Shown: one piece after another, positions 1 to 9,945 of the stretch
Numbering within the stretch: the first letter of the stretch is position 1
Layout: each line of letters opens with the position of its first letter
DNA from: Macrostomum lignano
Taxonomy: Eukaryota
Assembly: GCA_002269645.1 (NCBI GenBank)
Contig: NIVC01002066.1
Span: forward strand, 143,687 to 207,686
Direction of reading: 5' to 3'
Length of the DNA stretch: 64,000 bases
Translations under genes and position numbers: made by a program
Notes under the pieces: generated by a model
What the model was told of the DNA's origin: nothing
Database searches by the model: none
The model's input: the letters and a program-made list of their open reading frames with translations, nothing else

Positions 1-294
1 GTTGCCGCAGTAGCACTCTTTGCCGTACTGCACACCGAAGTGGAGGAAGCTGCCTATTGAGCAGATGCTGCTGCACAGCTCGTACGACATCTCCGTACTT
101 CTGACTGCCCCGTAACGATTAACGCTGAACCCACCGAACTTTTCGACCCCAACGAGCCCGTTCAAGTCTCTGCTGGGTGTCCCGGGGTCTTCATAGCAGC
201 CCAGGTATTCGAAGCGGATGAGCCTGCAGGTGACGCAAGTGAGCAGGAGGGCAGCGCAGAACAGAACGGACAGAGCCGCTGCTGAGCGCAACAT
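1..294 (-). CDS. Secreted WSC-domain (+PAN) protein, copy 1, 5' part (runs off the window start)
   Basis: Reverse strand from ATG at 294 reads MLRSAAALSVLFCAALLLTCVTCRLIRFEYLGCYED...MSYELCSSICSIGSFLHFGVQYGKECYCGN with no stop. This is a signal peptide plus the WSC Cys pattern, paralogous to 5247-5909. TATAAAA on the minus strand at 330-336. Confidence 0.85.
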   Translation of the reverse strand, partial: MLRSAAALSVLFCAALLLTCVTCRLIRFEYLGCYEDPGTPSRDLNGLVGVEKFGGFSVNRYGAVRSTEMSYELCSSICSIGSFLHFGVQYGKECYCGN

Positions 295-660
295 TTCGCT
301 GCTCGGAGTGAGTATTTGAGCAGCTGAGGTTTTATAAAATCACGTCTTCAGGCATCTTTTTTTTAGATTTATGTGATTCAAGGGGCATCGCTCTATGGAC
401 CAATCAGAGGAGTTCTTGAGCAGCGATCCAGAGTACAGGCCTCTACAGCAGGACGAATCTGAATTTGTCTTTATTTCTGTCAAAAGATAAAAGACACCTA
501 TCGAATTCTGAAAACTTCTGGTCAAATAGTCCAGACTGGACAAAATGTTTCCACCGTTTTTTCTCAGAAATAATTACATTACAAAGTGAGCCGCTTGAAA
601 CACAATTTTCATTGTATAGCAGAGCTGAGGTAGCAAGGGCAAGTATTTTTTATACCTGCT

Positions 661-1302
661 TGGAGGCGGATCCAGTTTTGGAGGGGCGGATCCAGTTTGG
701 GTTGGGGCGGATCCTGTTTGGGACGGGCGGATCCTGTTTGGGAGAGGCGGATCCAGTTTGGGAGGGGCGGATCCAGTTTGGGAGGGGCGGATCCAGTTTG
801 GGTTGGGGCGGATCCTGTTTGGGACGGGCGGATCCTGTTTGGGAGGGGCGGATCCAGTTTGGGAGGGGCGGATCCTGTTTGGGAGAGGCGGATCCAGTTT
901 GGGAGGGGCGGATACAGTTTGAGAGGGGCGAATCCATTTTGGGAGGGGCGGGTCCAGTTTTGGAGGGGCGGATCCAGTCTGAGAGGGGCGGATCCAGTTT
1001 GGGAGGGGCGGATCCAGTTTGGGAGAGGCGGATCCTGTTTGGGAGGGGCGCATCCAGTTTGAGGGGGGCAGATACAGTTTGAGAGGGGCGGATCCATTTT
1101 GGGAGGGGCGGATCCAGTTTGGGAGGGGCGGATCCAGTTTTGGAGTGGCGGATCCAGTTTGGGAGGGGCGGATCCAGTTTGGGAGGGGCGGATCTAGTTT
1201 GGGAGGGGCGGATCCAGTTTAGGAGGGGCGGATCCTGTTTGGGAGGGGCGGATCTAGTTTGAGAGGGGCGGATCCAGTTTGGGAGGGGCGGATTCAGTTT
1301 GG
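661..1302. repeat. 20-bp GC-box minisatellite (GGGAGGGGCGGATCCAGTTT)n
   Basis: About 32 near-identical units read directly. All overlapping ORFs in the track are periodic translations of it. Confidence 0.95.
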
Positions 1303-1846
1303 TAACAAAAACAAGAAATCTTTGCGACATGAAACGGTTTTTGCAAGATTTGCCTGCGCATCCAAGTGCCTGGGTGAGTAAAGAAACGAGTAGGACGCCC
1401 TGCATGAGCACACACATTAAAATATGAAATCAGGTTAGAAATAATGCCTGGCTTTGTCGTGTTAAACCAACAAACGACAGCCGGAAAACATTTGCTTTTA
1501 AATGTAAATTAACAAGTTTTGACCCGCGGCGGTAAAACTGATGCAGCTGTGGAATAGGAGCCTGATTATTTGCTTTGCGACTTTCAGTTTCGCTGATAAA
1601 GATTTACAATGTCGTCCTAAAATATTGGCCGACAAATTATTCTTTGCCACGGTCTGGAGAACAAGGATAAATAAGAAGATTACTCAAGGTTAGTTGTGCT
1701 AGGGAGAGGCTTTTCAGTTTGAACTTTTATTTGCCTCAAGTGGATGTGGCTGTGTGAATAGCGCTTCATGACAGGTCTTAATTCAGTTTGCTTGAGTCCA
1801 TGCTCAGCCGATCAACTGAGCCAGTCGGTCACCGCACCGCTCGAGC

Positions 1847-2579
1847 TCAGCCACGCACGAACAGAGTCCACTCGGGTCCGCTCAGGTGGCCAGGCGGGTA
1901 CACGAACTCCAGCAGGCGGCAGGCGAGCTCCTGTCGGGAGAAAACGGCGGCCCGGCAGTCGGCTCTGGCGCTGCACCGGAGCAGGCAGTCCTCGACGGAC
2001 TGGGCAGCGACAGGCCAGACAGAAGTGGCACCGGATGTCACGGGAGGGCTGGACTGCTTCACTACCGTGTAGGTATTGTTGTTGGAAACTGAAGTTGAAC
2101 GAAAGTGCAAAATGGGTTAAATGCTTCCATATATACTGACGGCCCAGTACAGCAAAAGACACAAAAGTACCTGTGTAGCTCAGAGAGAACACAGAGTTGC
2201 GGTACATGTCGCCACATTTCTGCTTTCGGTTTCCATAGCAAGAAGAGCTGCAGTTTCCTTCGCTCACCAAGCCATGGGATCCGTACGAGTTGCCGCAGTA
2301 GCACTCTTTGCCGTACTGCACACCGAAGTAGAAGAAGCTGCCTAATGAGCAGATTCCGCTGCACAGTTCGTGTGACATTTTCGTGCTTCTGACTCGCCCA
2401 TTGCCACCAACGCTGAACCCGCCGATCTTGCTGACTCCACTGAGCCCATTTAAGTCTCTGGGTGATCCATAGTCTTTGTAGCAGCCCAGCTAGGAGAAGC
2501 GGACAAACCTGCCGGTCACGCAAGTGAGCAGGAGGGCAGCGCAGAACACAGCGGACAGAGCCGCTGCTGGGCGCAACAT
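1847..2579 (-). pseudogene. WSC+PAN/apple gene copy 2, nonsense mutation at codon 30
   Basis: Exon 1 2579-2171, 82-bp GT-AG intron 2170-2089, exon 2 2088-1847 (VSNNNTY...CLLRCSARADCRAAVF...WTLFVRG). TAG at 2492-2490 replaces the Tyr of YLGC found in the other copies. Confidence 0.85.
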
Positions 2580-3699
2580 TTCGCTGCTCGGGGAGAAGCT
2601 TGAAGCAGATGAGGTTTTATGAAATCACGGCTTCGGCAGTTCCGCATCTGGTTTTTAGTATATAGGATGTGATAGCTTGGCCTGCGTGCGCACTGGGGGC
2701 GGGGCTGGATTGCGTTGTTTTGGTTTCTCTCTCTCTCTCTCGCTGCATGTACTTGCAAGCGCGGGTTGGGGGGGGGGTGCGGTGAGTATGCCGATCGATA
2801 AGAAATAGTTCAATATAAAGCAGGCATTCTGGCCTGCTATGTTTTTCGTGCTTTTGAGCCAAAATAAAATTTGTCTTGACTTTATTTCATAGGATTAAAC
2901 AGATTCTAGTGGCATCGCTCTATCAACCAATCAGAGGAGTTATTGAGCAGCGATCTAGAGTAGCTCGTACAGGCCTCTACAGTAGGTCGACTCAGAAGTT
3001 GTCTTTACTCATAATTCTAATCTGATCAAATGTTTCAGAGTTGAAGAAATGTTTTCTCCGTTTTGTTTTCAAAATTTATTACAATTATAAATGGATTCGG
3101 CTATAACATCATCGCCAAGTACATCATTCTCCATGGTATAGCAGAAATTAAGTAGGAAGGACAATAATTTTTGTAATCCTCGAAAAAAACCTCAGTACGA
3201 TGAGGTAAGTAGCAAGTTCTTAGATTGACTGGATTTATTTGCGGGACCACTGCAATGATCTACGGGTCAAGCAAAGAAAGCTTTTTACAGCTTGTTATTG
3301 AGATTCAAGTTGCCAACGACCATGGCGGACGATTCAGCTACAGAGAGAGTTAAAGATAGAAAAGTCAGGGCTATTACGACATGAGATTCCGGTATACGAG
3401 CGTACGCCTTATTCACGCCAAAGTGTGTCTAAGTAAACGTGTGCTGTAACTGTGTGCACAGTTTACAAGCTTTAAAAAATTAATTTGGAGAGATAAACCG
3501 CCAGAAATAACTCAAACTCTGAAGGAGAAGTTAAAAAAGCAACTAGTAAAAACCACTAATCACTACTTCCAGAGATTGTGAAATTTTAATAACACTAGTA
3601 AAGTTTCGATCTAGTAAAAGTCCAACTTAAAGAATTTTTGATCTAATGAATTTTCGTCATAATGAAATTTCCACCTGATGACTTTTCGACCTACGAATA

Positions 3700-3930
3700 T
3701 AGTCTCGACATAATGCGGGTTCGACATAATAAATTTTCGAAATAATGAAGTTTAGACATAATGAAGTTTAGACATAATGAAGTTTCGACGTAATGACGTT
3801 TCGACATAATGAAGTTTCGGCATAATGAAGTTTCGACATAATGAAGTTTCGGCATAATGAAGTTTCGACATAATGAAGTTTCGACATAATGAAGCTTCGA
3901 CATAATGAAGTTTCGACATAATGAAGTTTA
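3700..3930. repeat. 16-bp tandem repeat (CATAATGAAGTTTCGA)n
   Basis: About 14 units; ORF 3691-3903 shows the expected 16-aa (3-unit) periodicity. Confidence 0.9.
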
Positions 3931-4349
3931 AACCAAGTGAAACTTTGACCTAATCAAATTTAAACCTAATGAAGTTCCAACAAAATTAAATTCAGACATT
4001 GAAATATATGAATGCACATTAAAGACAGGGGCAGCTAAAAATTTGATACTATTTTGCTTGCTTACCTATCCCTGAATCATAGCTTGATAAACTTGCGAGT
4101 GTACCTCAAATGAAGGCTTCAGTCCAGATGGTGAGATACCGGAAATATAGTAGCAAAATATTTCTACATTCATAATTTCTTTCATTGCCAACGCTAAAAA
4201 ACTGCAAAAATTAGCACACAAAATTCTCTTCTACTAGATTCATCCTTGCTGAATCATTTTTTTAAAGTCAGTCGGATGCTGCACTTTGTAAGGCATTGAA
4301 GCCAGTTGGCAAAGCTGCAGTGCACAGTTTTAACAAAATCTGTGTAAGG

Positions 4350-4480
4350 CAGGGCTCGGCAGACTCCAGCCCACGGGCCACATGCGGCCTGCAAAGCCTC
4401 TCTATCCGGCCCTCGGGTCATTTTAAACTTCACAATAATAGAAACCTGGCCCCCTTAATGTTTATATCTCTTCTCAGGGC
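4350..4480 (+). mobile_element. hAT-like MITE end remnant
   Basis: CAGGGCTCGGCAGACT...GGCCC motif, similar to the CAGGGGTCGGCAAACT ends at 14680, 26679 and 45812. No matching second end was found. Confidence 0.45.
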
Positions 4481-5246
4481 CCTTCTCTGCACTCTCCCCT
4501 CTCCTCTCTCCTCCCCCCTGCTCTCCTCTTCTCTCCACTCCTCTCTTCTCCTTTATTCTCTCGCCTCTCCTTTCCTTTATCCTTTATCTCCTTTCACTTT
4601 TATCTCCCTGAAATTTTAACTTCCTGCTCAGAGCGTTTGAGTTCTAATCGAGACCAACCGACTGTGCTGAGAATTCGATCGATCGCTTCTTCGCGGAGAG
4701 CCGGAAGGATCTGCAGTCCAGCTTCAATCTTGAGGACGGCCACGCTCCAACTCAAATCAATCAATCATGAAATATGAAATCAAGTTATAAATAAAGCCTG
4801 CTTTGTCTGGCTACCTTGCTGAAACACTGGCGTATCAAACTAACAGACGACAGCCACCCCAAAGCTGAGAACAAAAGTGGAGGTCGTCATCCAGGTAGAA
4901 TTTATTCAAATGTATGCTTCTGCCAAAAGGTGGTAAAACTGATGCAGCTGTGGAATAGGAGCCTGATTATTTGTTTGCAACTTTCAGCTTCGCTGATAAA
5001 GATTTGAAACATATTAACCTAAAATATTGACCGACGAATGCTTCGTTGCCAGGGTCTGGATAAGAATAATAAACAAGATTACTCAAGGTTAGTTATGCCA
5101 GGGAGAGGCTTCTCTGTTCCAAACTTTTATTTGCTTCAGATGGATGTGGCTGTTTGGATAGCGTTTTAAGACAGGTCATAATTCAGTTTGCTTGAGTCCA
5201 TGCTCAGCTCATCAGCTGAGCCAGTCGGTCACCGAAACGCTCGAGC

Positions 5247-5909
5247 TCAGCCACGCACGAACAGAGTCCACTCGGGCCCGCTCAGGTGGCCAGGCGGGTA
5301 CACGAACTCCAGCAGGTGGCAGGCGAGCTCCTGTCGGGAGAAAACGGCGGCCCGGCAGTCGGCTCTGGCACTGCACTTGGCCGCGCACTGAACTGCCGAC
5401 TTTGCAACAACCGGCCAGACGGAAGGGGTACCGGATGTCACGGGAGGGCTGGACTGCTTCACTCGCCAGTAGGTATTTTGGGTGTCCTGGGTACCTGGGT
5501 AGCTCAGGAAGAATATGGAGTTGCGGTAGTAACCGCCACATTTCTGCATCGGGTTTCCGGAGCATACCGCGCTGCAGTTGCCTTCGCTCACTAAGCCATG
5601 GGATCCGTATGAGTTGCCGCAGTAGCACTCTCTGCTATTCTGCATTCCAAAGTAGCGGAATTCGCCCAGAAAGCAGATGCCGCTGCACAGCTCGTGCGAC
5701 ATCTCCGTGCTCGTTCGGACACTACCAGAAGAGAAGTGGACTGCGAATCCGCCGATCTTGCTGACTTCACTGAGCCCGTTCAAGTCTCTCGGGGATGAAT
5801 TATCCTTGTAGCAGCCCAAATAGGCGAAGCGGACGAACCTACAGGTGACGCAAGTGAGCAGGAGGGCAGCGCAGAACAGAACGAGCAGAGCGGCTGCCGG
5901 GCGGAACAT
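5247..5909 (-). CDS. Secreted WSC+PAN/apple protein, copy 3, intact and intronless (220 aa)
   Basis: ATG at 5909 aligns with the paralog starts. Signal peptide MFRPAAALLVLFCAALLLTCVTC; WSC (YLGCYKD...ELCSGIC...ECYCG...C.AVC.G...KCGG); PAN-like C-terminus (CAAKCSARADCRAAVF...CHLL). Open frame throughout. Confidence 0.9.
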   Translation of the reverse strand: MFRPAAALLVLFCAALLLTCVTCRFVRFAYLGCYKDNSSPRDLNGLSEVSKIGGFAVHFSSGSVRTSTEMSHELCSGICFLGEFRYFGMQNSRECYCGNSYGSHGLVSEGNCSAVCSGNPMQKCGGYYRNSIFFLSYPGTQDTQNTYWRVKQSSPPVTSGTPSVWPVVAKSAVQCAAKCSARADCRAAVFSRQELACHLLEFVYPPGHLSGPEWTLFVRG

Positions 5910-6447
5910 TTCGCTGCTCAAGAAAGAGGCTTGGAGCAGCTGCGGTCCTTGAAACCGTGACGTTGACAGTTTCTGCTTCTTCATCTGTTCGGCGGAAGCA
6001 GATTTATAAGACTTTGATGGAATCGCTCCTTCGACCAATCGGCGATGTTTCTAAAAATCTGATTCAGCAAGCAGCTTAGGATGCCTGTCCAGGTACTCAA
6101 GTACCCTTGAAGGCATGTCAAGCTCCAACCTGATGACTGTTTGGCCCCCATTCACTCTGGAATAAGCTGCTGTCATGCATCAAAATCTATCATAGCTTGA
6201 TTGATGCGTCCCTGTGCTTGTGCTTGCCAGGGCTGACTGCGTGTCGCGAATTTTTTCATCACAAATGACTGACAAGCATATATATATCTACAAAAGGCTT
6301 TTCGTTAGCTGCATTTTTGTCAATTTTGAGGGCATCAAACTTTTCACCTTTTATCCTTGAGGAGTGGCATTACAGGATTATTAACAGGCCGCAACTTTTT
6401 CGCTATTGGCAATTGCTGCCGTGCATGCAGTAGAATTTTAGCATCCC

Positions 6448-7756
6448 ATGATAGTCGGCTTGATAAATTTTTTAAATTTTTCAATCAATTTAAAAGTGGA
6501 TTACGCGACTGCTTCGGTGGAAGAAATTGCCAAATGGGTCCGCTACTTCTACGCGACTCTGCGTAAGTCAGACGGCAGCTTCTATTCGCCGAATACAATC
6601 GTAGGAATTCGAGCCGCACTGTTCAGGTACTTTATGAAATTACGTGGCCTCAATATCATCGCTCACGAGGCTTTTCATAGCGCGAATTTGATGGTGAAGA
6701 ATGTTTGCAATGCGTATTTGAAGTCCGGTGGTCGAGTGCAGCATTACGAAGCCATTGAGTCGGACGACCTTGTCAAGCTTGCTTCTTACTTCGACAGAAG
6801 CACTCCAACACGTTTGCAAGAAGAGGTATATTTCAATGTGTTATTTTATTTCGGCAATCGCGACAGAGAATGGCTACGAGGTCTCACTGTTCGTTCATTC
6901 CGAGAGAAGACCCTATCAAACGGAGCTATGGCGATCGAGTTGCAAGGCAGCACCTCAAAGAATGTAAAAGGCTCGAGTGACATGCGACTCTGCGACGACA
7001 ATAAACAGGCCTTGATGGTGGCCAAGCCGGAGTCAAGGCACTGTCCAGTTCAGGCCTTCCAGCTTTATTTGTCGAAAATTACTGCCGTGCCGGGTTGGAA
7101 TCAGGAGGACTTCTTTCTGCGTCCGAAACCACGAGTGAATGCGGATGGCATCTGGTACACCAAAGTACCAGTTGGAATCAACACTTTGGGGCCGTTGCTC
7201 AAGAAGATCTCTTCGAATGCTAACCTGTCCAAGCTGTACACTCCGCATTGTGTGCGACCTACAGTTGTTACGGAGCTGCATGAAGCTGGCTTTTCTGTCG
7301 AAAAAATTGCGAAGGTGACAGGTCACAAGGTGAGAAATTCTTTATTCTTAGTAAGTTTATTGACACATGGACAAGGAATTTATTAAACACCACCTCTATT
7401 CACAGAATAGCGCGTCGGTAGAACGATACATCCGGAGAGGCAAGAAGAGGGACTCGATCATGGCAGGGATGAGTGATCAGCTGACAGTCGCTCTAGCTGG
7501 AACTATGCCGGCACCAAGTTCTACATTGAGCGAAGCTCCTGCAAGGGCTGTTACAACTACCGACCCATGCGCCCTGAGTGACGCTCCTACAAGGGCTGTT
7601 GCGACTACCGACCCGTGCGGATCAGCGTCAATGTCAACTGTCAAGAAGTCACTGGTTGTTGAAGAATCGACCACCACACTTGTAGCAGCCCCCACTAAGC
7701 GGATGAAGATTTTGGCAAACGGCGAAACGAATGTTGTGCAGTTTATTTTCGAGTAA
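6448..7756 (+). mobile_element. Crypton-type tyrosine recombinase gene (DUF3504-like), 2 exons; 5' end uncertain
   Basis: Exons 6448-7329 and 7406-7756 (76-bp phase-0 intron GTGAGA...CACAG). Motifs FYATLRKSDGSFY, FGNRDRE (R), SKNVKG (K), YTPHCVR (HxxR), TGHK (H) and SVERY (Y). AATAAA at 7872. Confidence 0.85.
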
Positions 7757-7884
7757 ATGCCGAGAGGGGTGTGAGTAGGTCTATAGACTCATTAACTGTT
7801 TCCCTAGTTCCACTTATTATCCTTTTTGTTCTTCCATATTGTTATTGATTACATATTCAGTTGCTTCTAAAAATAAATTGTTAA

Positions 7885-7998
7885 ATCGTGCAGGAATGAA
7901 GTCATTCCTGCACGATAAGCTAACGTATGTCAAGTGATTTCTACCATAGACACAGACATTCCTGCACGATAATAAATCGAAAAAATCATTCCTGCACG
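7885..7998. repeat. Perfect 15-bp-arm palindrome plus two direct half-sites at the Crypton 3' end
   Basis: ATCGTGCAGGAATGA-AG-TCATTCCTGCACGAT at 7885-7916. CATTCCTGCACG is repeated at 7957 and 7987. Confidence 0.9.
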
Positions 7999-9945
7999 CT
8001 GTGGTCAAACGACAATTTGTGATACACTTGTTTTATTCGGAATTCAGAACATATTTCAAACATATTTTTAGTACAGTGCTACAAAACTGGAAACTTCCTG
8101 TCTTTTGAGGGCCGTATACTTGACTAATAATGTACATGGCTACCTTCTTACATGCGGAATTCTGTTGCACAATCCATGCATATCATGGCCCCGTTAACTT
8201 TGGCGAGAGTAAAGCTTGATTCTGAGCAGAAGGCAAAGGTATAATTGAAGTTTGGTACACTACAAGGCGTCCTACCTACGACCTAATACTTGTACTTTGC
8301 TTTTTGGACTCGTGATTGTCTCAACACCTTAACTTTGCGCCCGTTACGGTGAGTTTTGCTTAGCTGTACAGATGACCGGCCACAGATGTCTGTACTCTGG
8401 CATATCACCGACAGGTTTATGGTTCGGTTCATCTTGAAGCCACGGTGACGACAGAGGCGAGACTGACCGAATCCCGGTGCTTGTCCCAGAGACTCTTGAA
8501 TCGCAGTTGTCATAGTCAATTGACTCGATTCGTGCTAGACTTTATTATTTGAGTTTTAAGAAGCTTCATTTGTTCAGTTTTATTTTAATGATGAGCCTAC
8601 ATGTATTTGAAATTACCTTCCAGCGCATCTTCGGGATTTTCTGGTCTTGCTATTAACCTCCACATTTTCCCATGTCCCAAATACAAGAATGATGCTTATT
8701 AGGAAATGAAATCTATTTCGATGTTCCAGGCTACTTTGCAAAACAGAAAGTAAGAGTAAACGAGAGCAACATTCTTAAATATCACATTATTATGTACAGC
8801 TTTAATTTTAGTTGAGAGTTCGAGCTCCGTTTCTTAGCAATTAAACACATTTACAACTGGACAAAGTATTCGGCCACCATTTTCCTCATAAGCAGCATTA
8901 CTGGCGGGCCCTAGCTGCAGGTGGTTATTCGATTGAAAGGTACACAGGTAAGGCTAGTATCTACGGCACTGCTTCGATTTCTAGAAGTTACTGCACAGCT
9001 TCATCCGCATCTCAGTACTCCAGTTGGAACCGATGGTCGAGGCTTAGGTCGACTCTGGCCATACAACTGAATGGGTTCCCATCCACGGTGCACTAAGTAA
9101 CAGTGGTTGCTGGAATTCAGCAGCAATACGGCTTGGGTATTGGACTCTATCAACAAGATGTTCCTAAGTTTCACGTGACGTCTTACGTCCTCAGGTACAG
9201 CTGGAGTCAACCAGGATCTCTAGTATCCCAGTCAGCCAAGTGGTCGATTTTCTCTCCTTTCCAGCATATGATTGCCCCCCCCACCCCCTAGACTGAGTTC
9301 AAAGTCCCAGGAGTTCTTTCAGGTCTAATTCTGCTCTATACTATCGATCTCATCTCAATTTTGCTCTTTTATCATGCTCCATTAGAAGTTAGATTCTACA
9401 TAAAACATTGGCTCGTGGCTTCTACATACATACCACGTGGCTTCGTAAACTCCAGTCATATAGGCGTTCTGTATGAGCACAACATAACTCATGTATAAAA
9501 ATTAGTGGAATTTGATACCAGCAGGCTGAAATGCTTAAAATTAGTTTGATACCTTTGGCTTACCAATTTATTCAGATTTGCTGGTCCTTTTACCAAGGCG
9601 CTGTCGAACAAGCGACGGAGCTTTGGTGATGTCAGCAGTTTGCCTACGTCGGCAGGGGCTACCATTCGCTCCATGAAGGTGTTTCTTTGGTAGGCACAAA
9701 TGGGTACTATTAGTAGCTCAGTCAACATATATTGACTGCAGACTCTTTCCGTACTTTCTGTTACTGTCAGCTATTTTTAGCCACTTGAATCACACCGAAG
9801 ACCTACCTAAGCTATTGTTTGTCTCTATAAAATCTGGAAAGTCTTGTAAAAAATGGGGCTCAGGCCGTCACAGTTGCATTCTGTCCTACCAATTCACTGC
9901 TACCTGCTGTGTATATCTGCTTTCAGTGAGCTTTGTGGCTACTAA

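Noticed and set aside
465-1417. Long overlapping ORFs (up to 255 aa) on both strands
   Set aside because: Periodic translations of the 20-bp minisatellite, with no domain or splice context.
5910-6038. Upstream extension of the WSC copy 3 ORF (MVEGAIPS...)
   Set aside because: Paralogs start at the ATG equivalent to 5909, directly before the signal peptide; the extension overlaps the promoter and CCAAT region.
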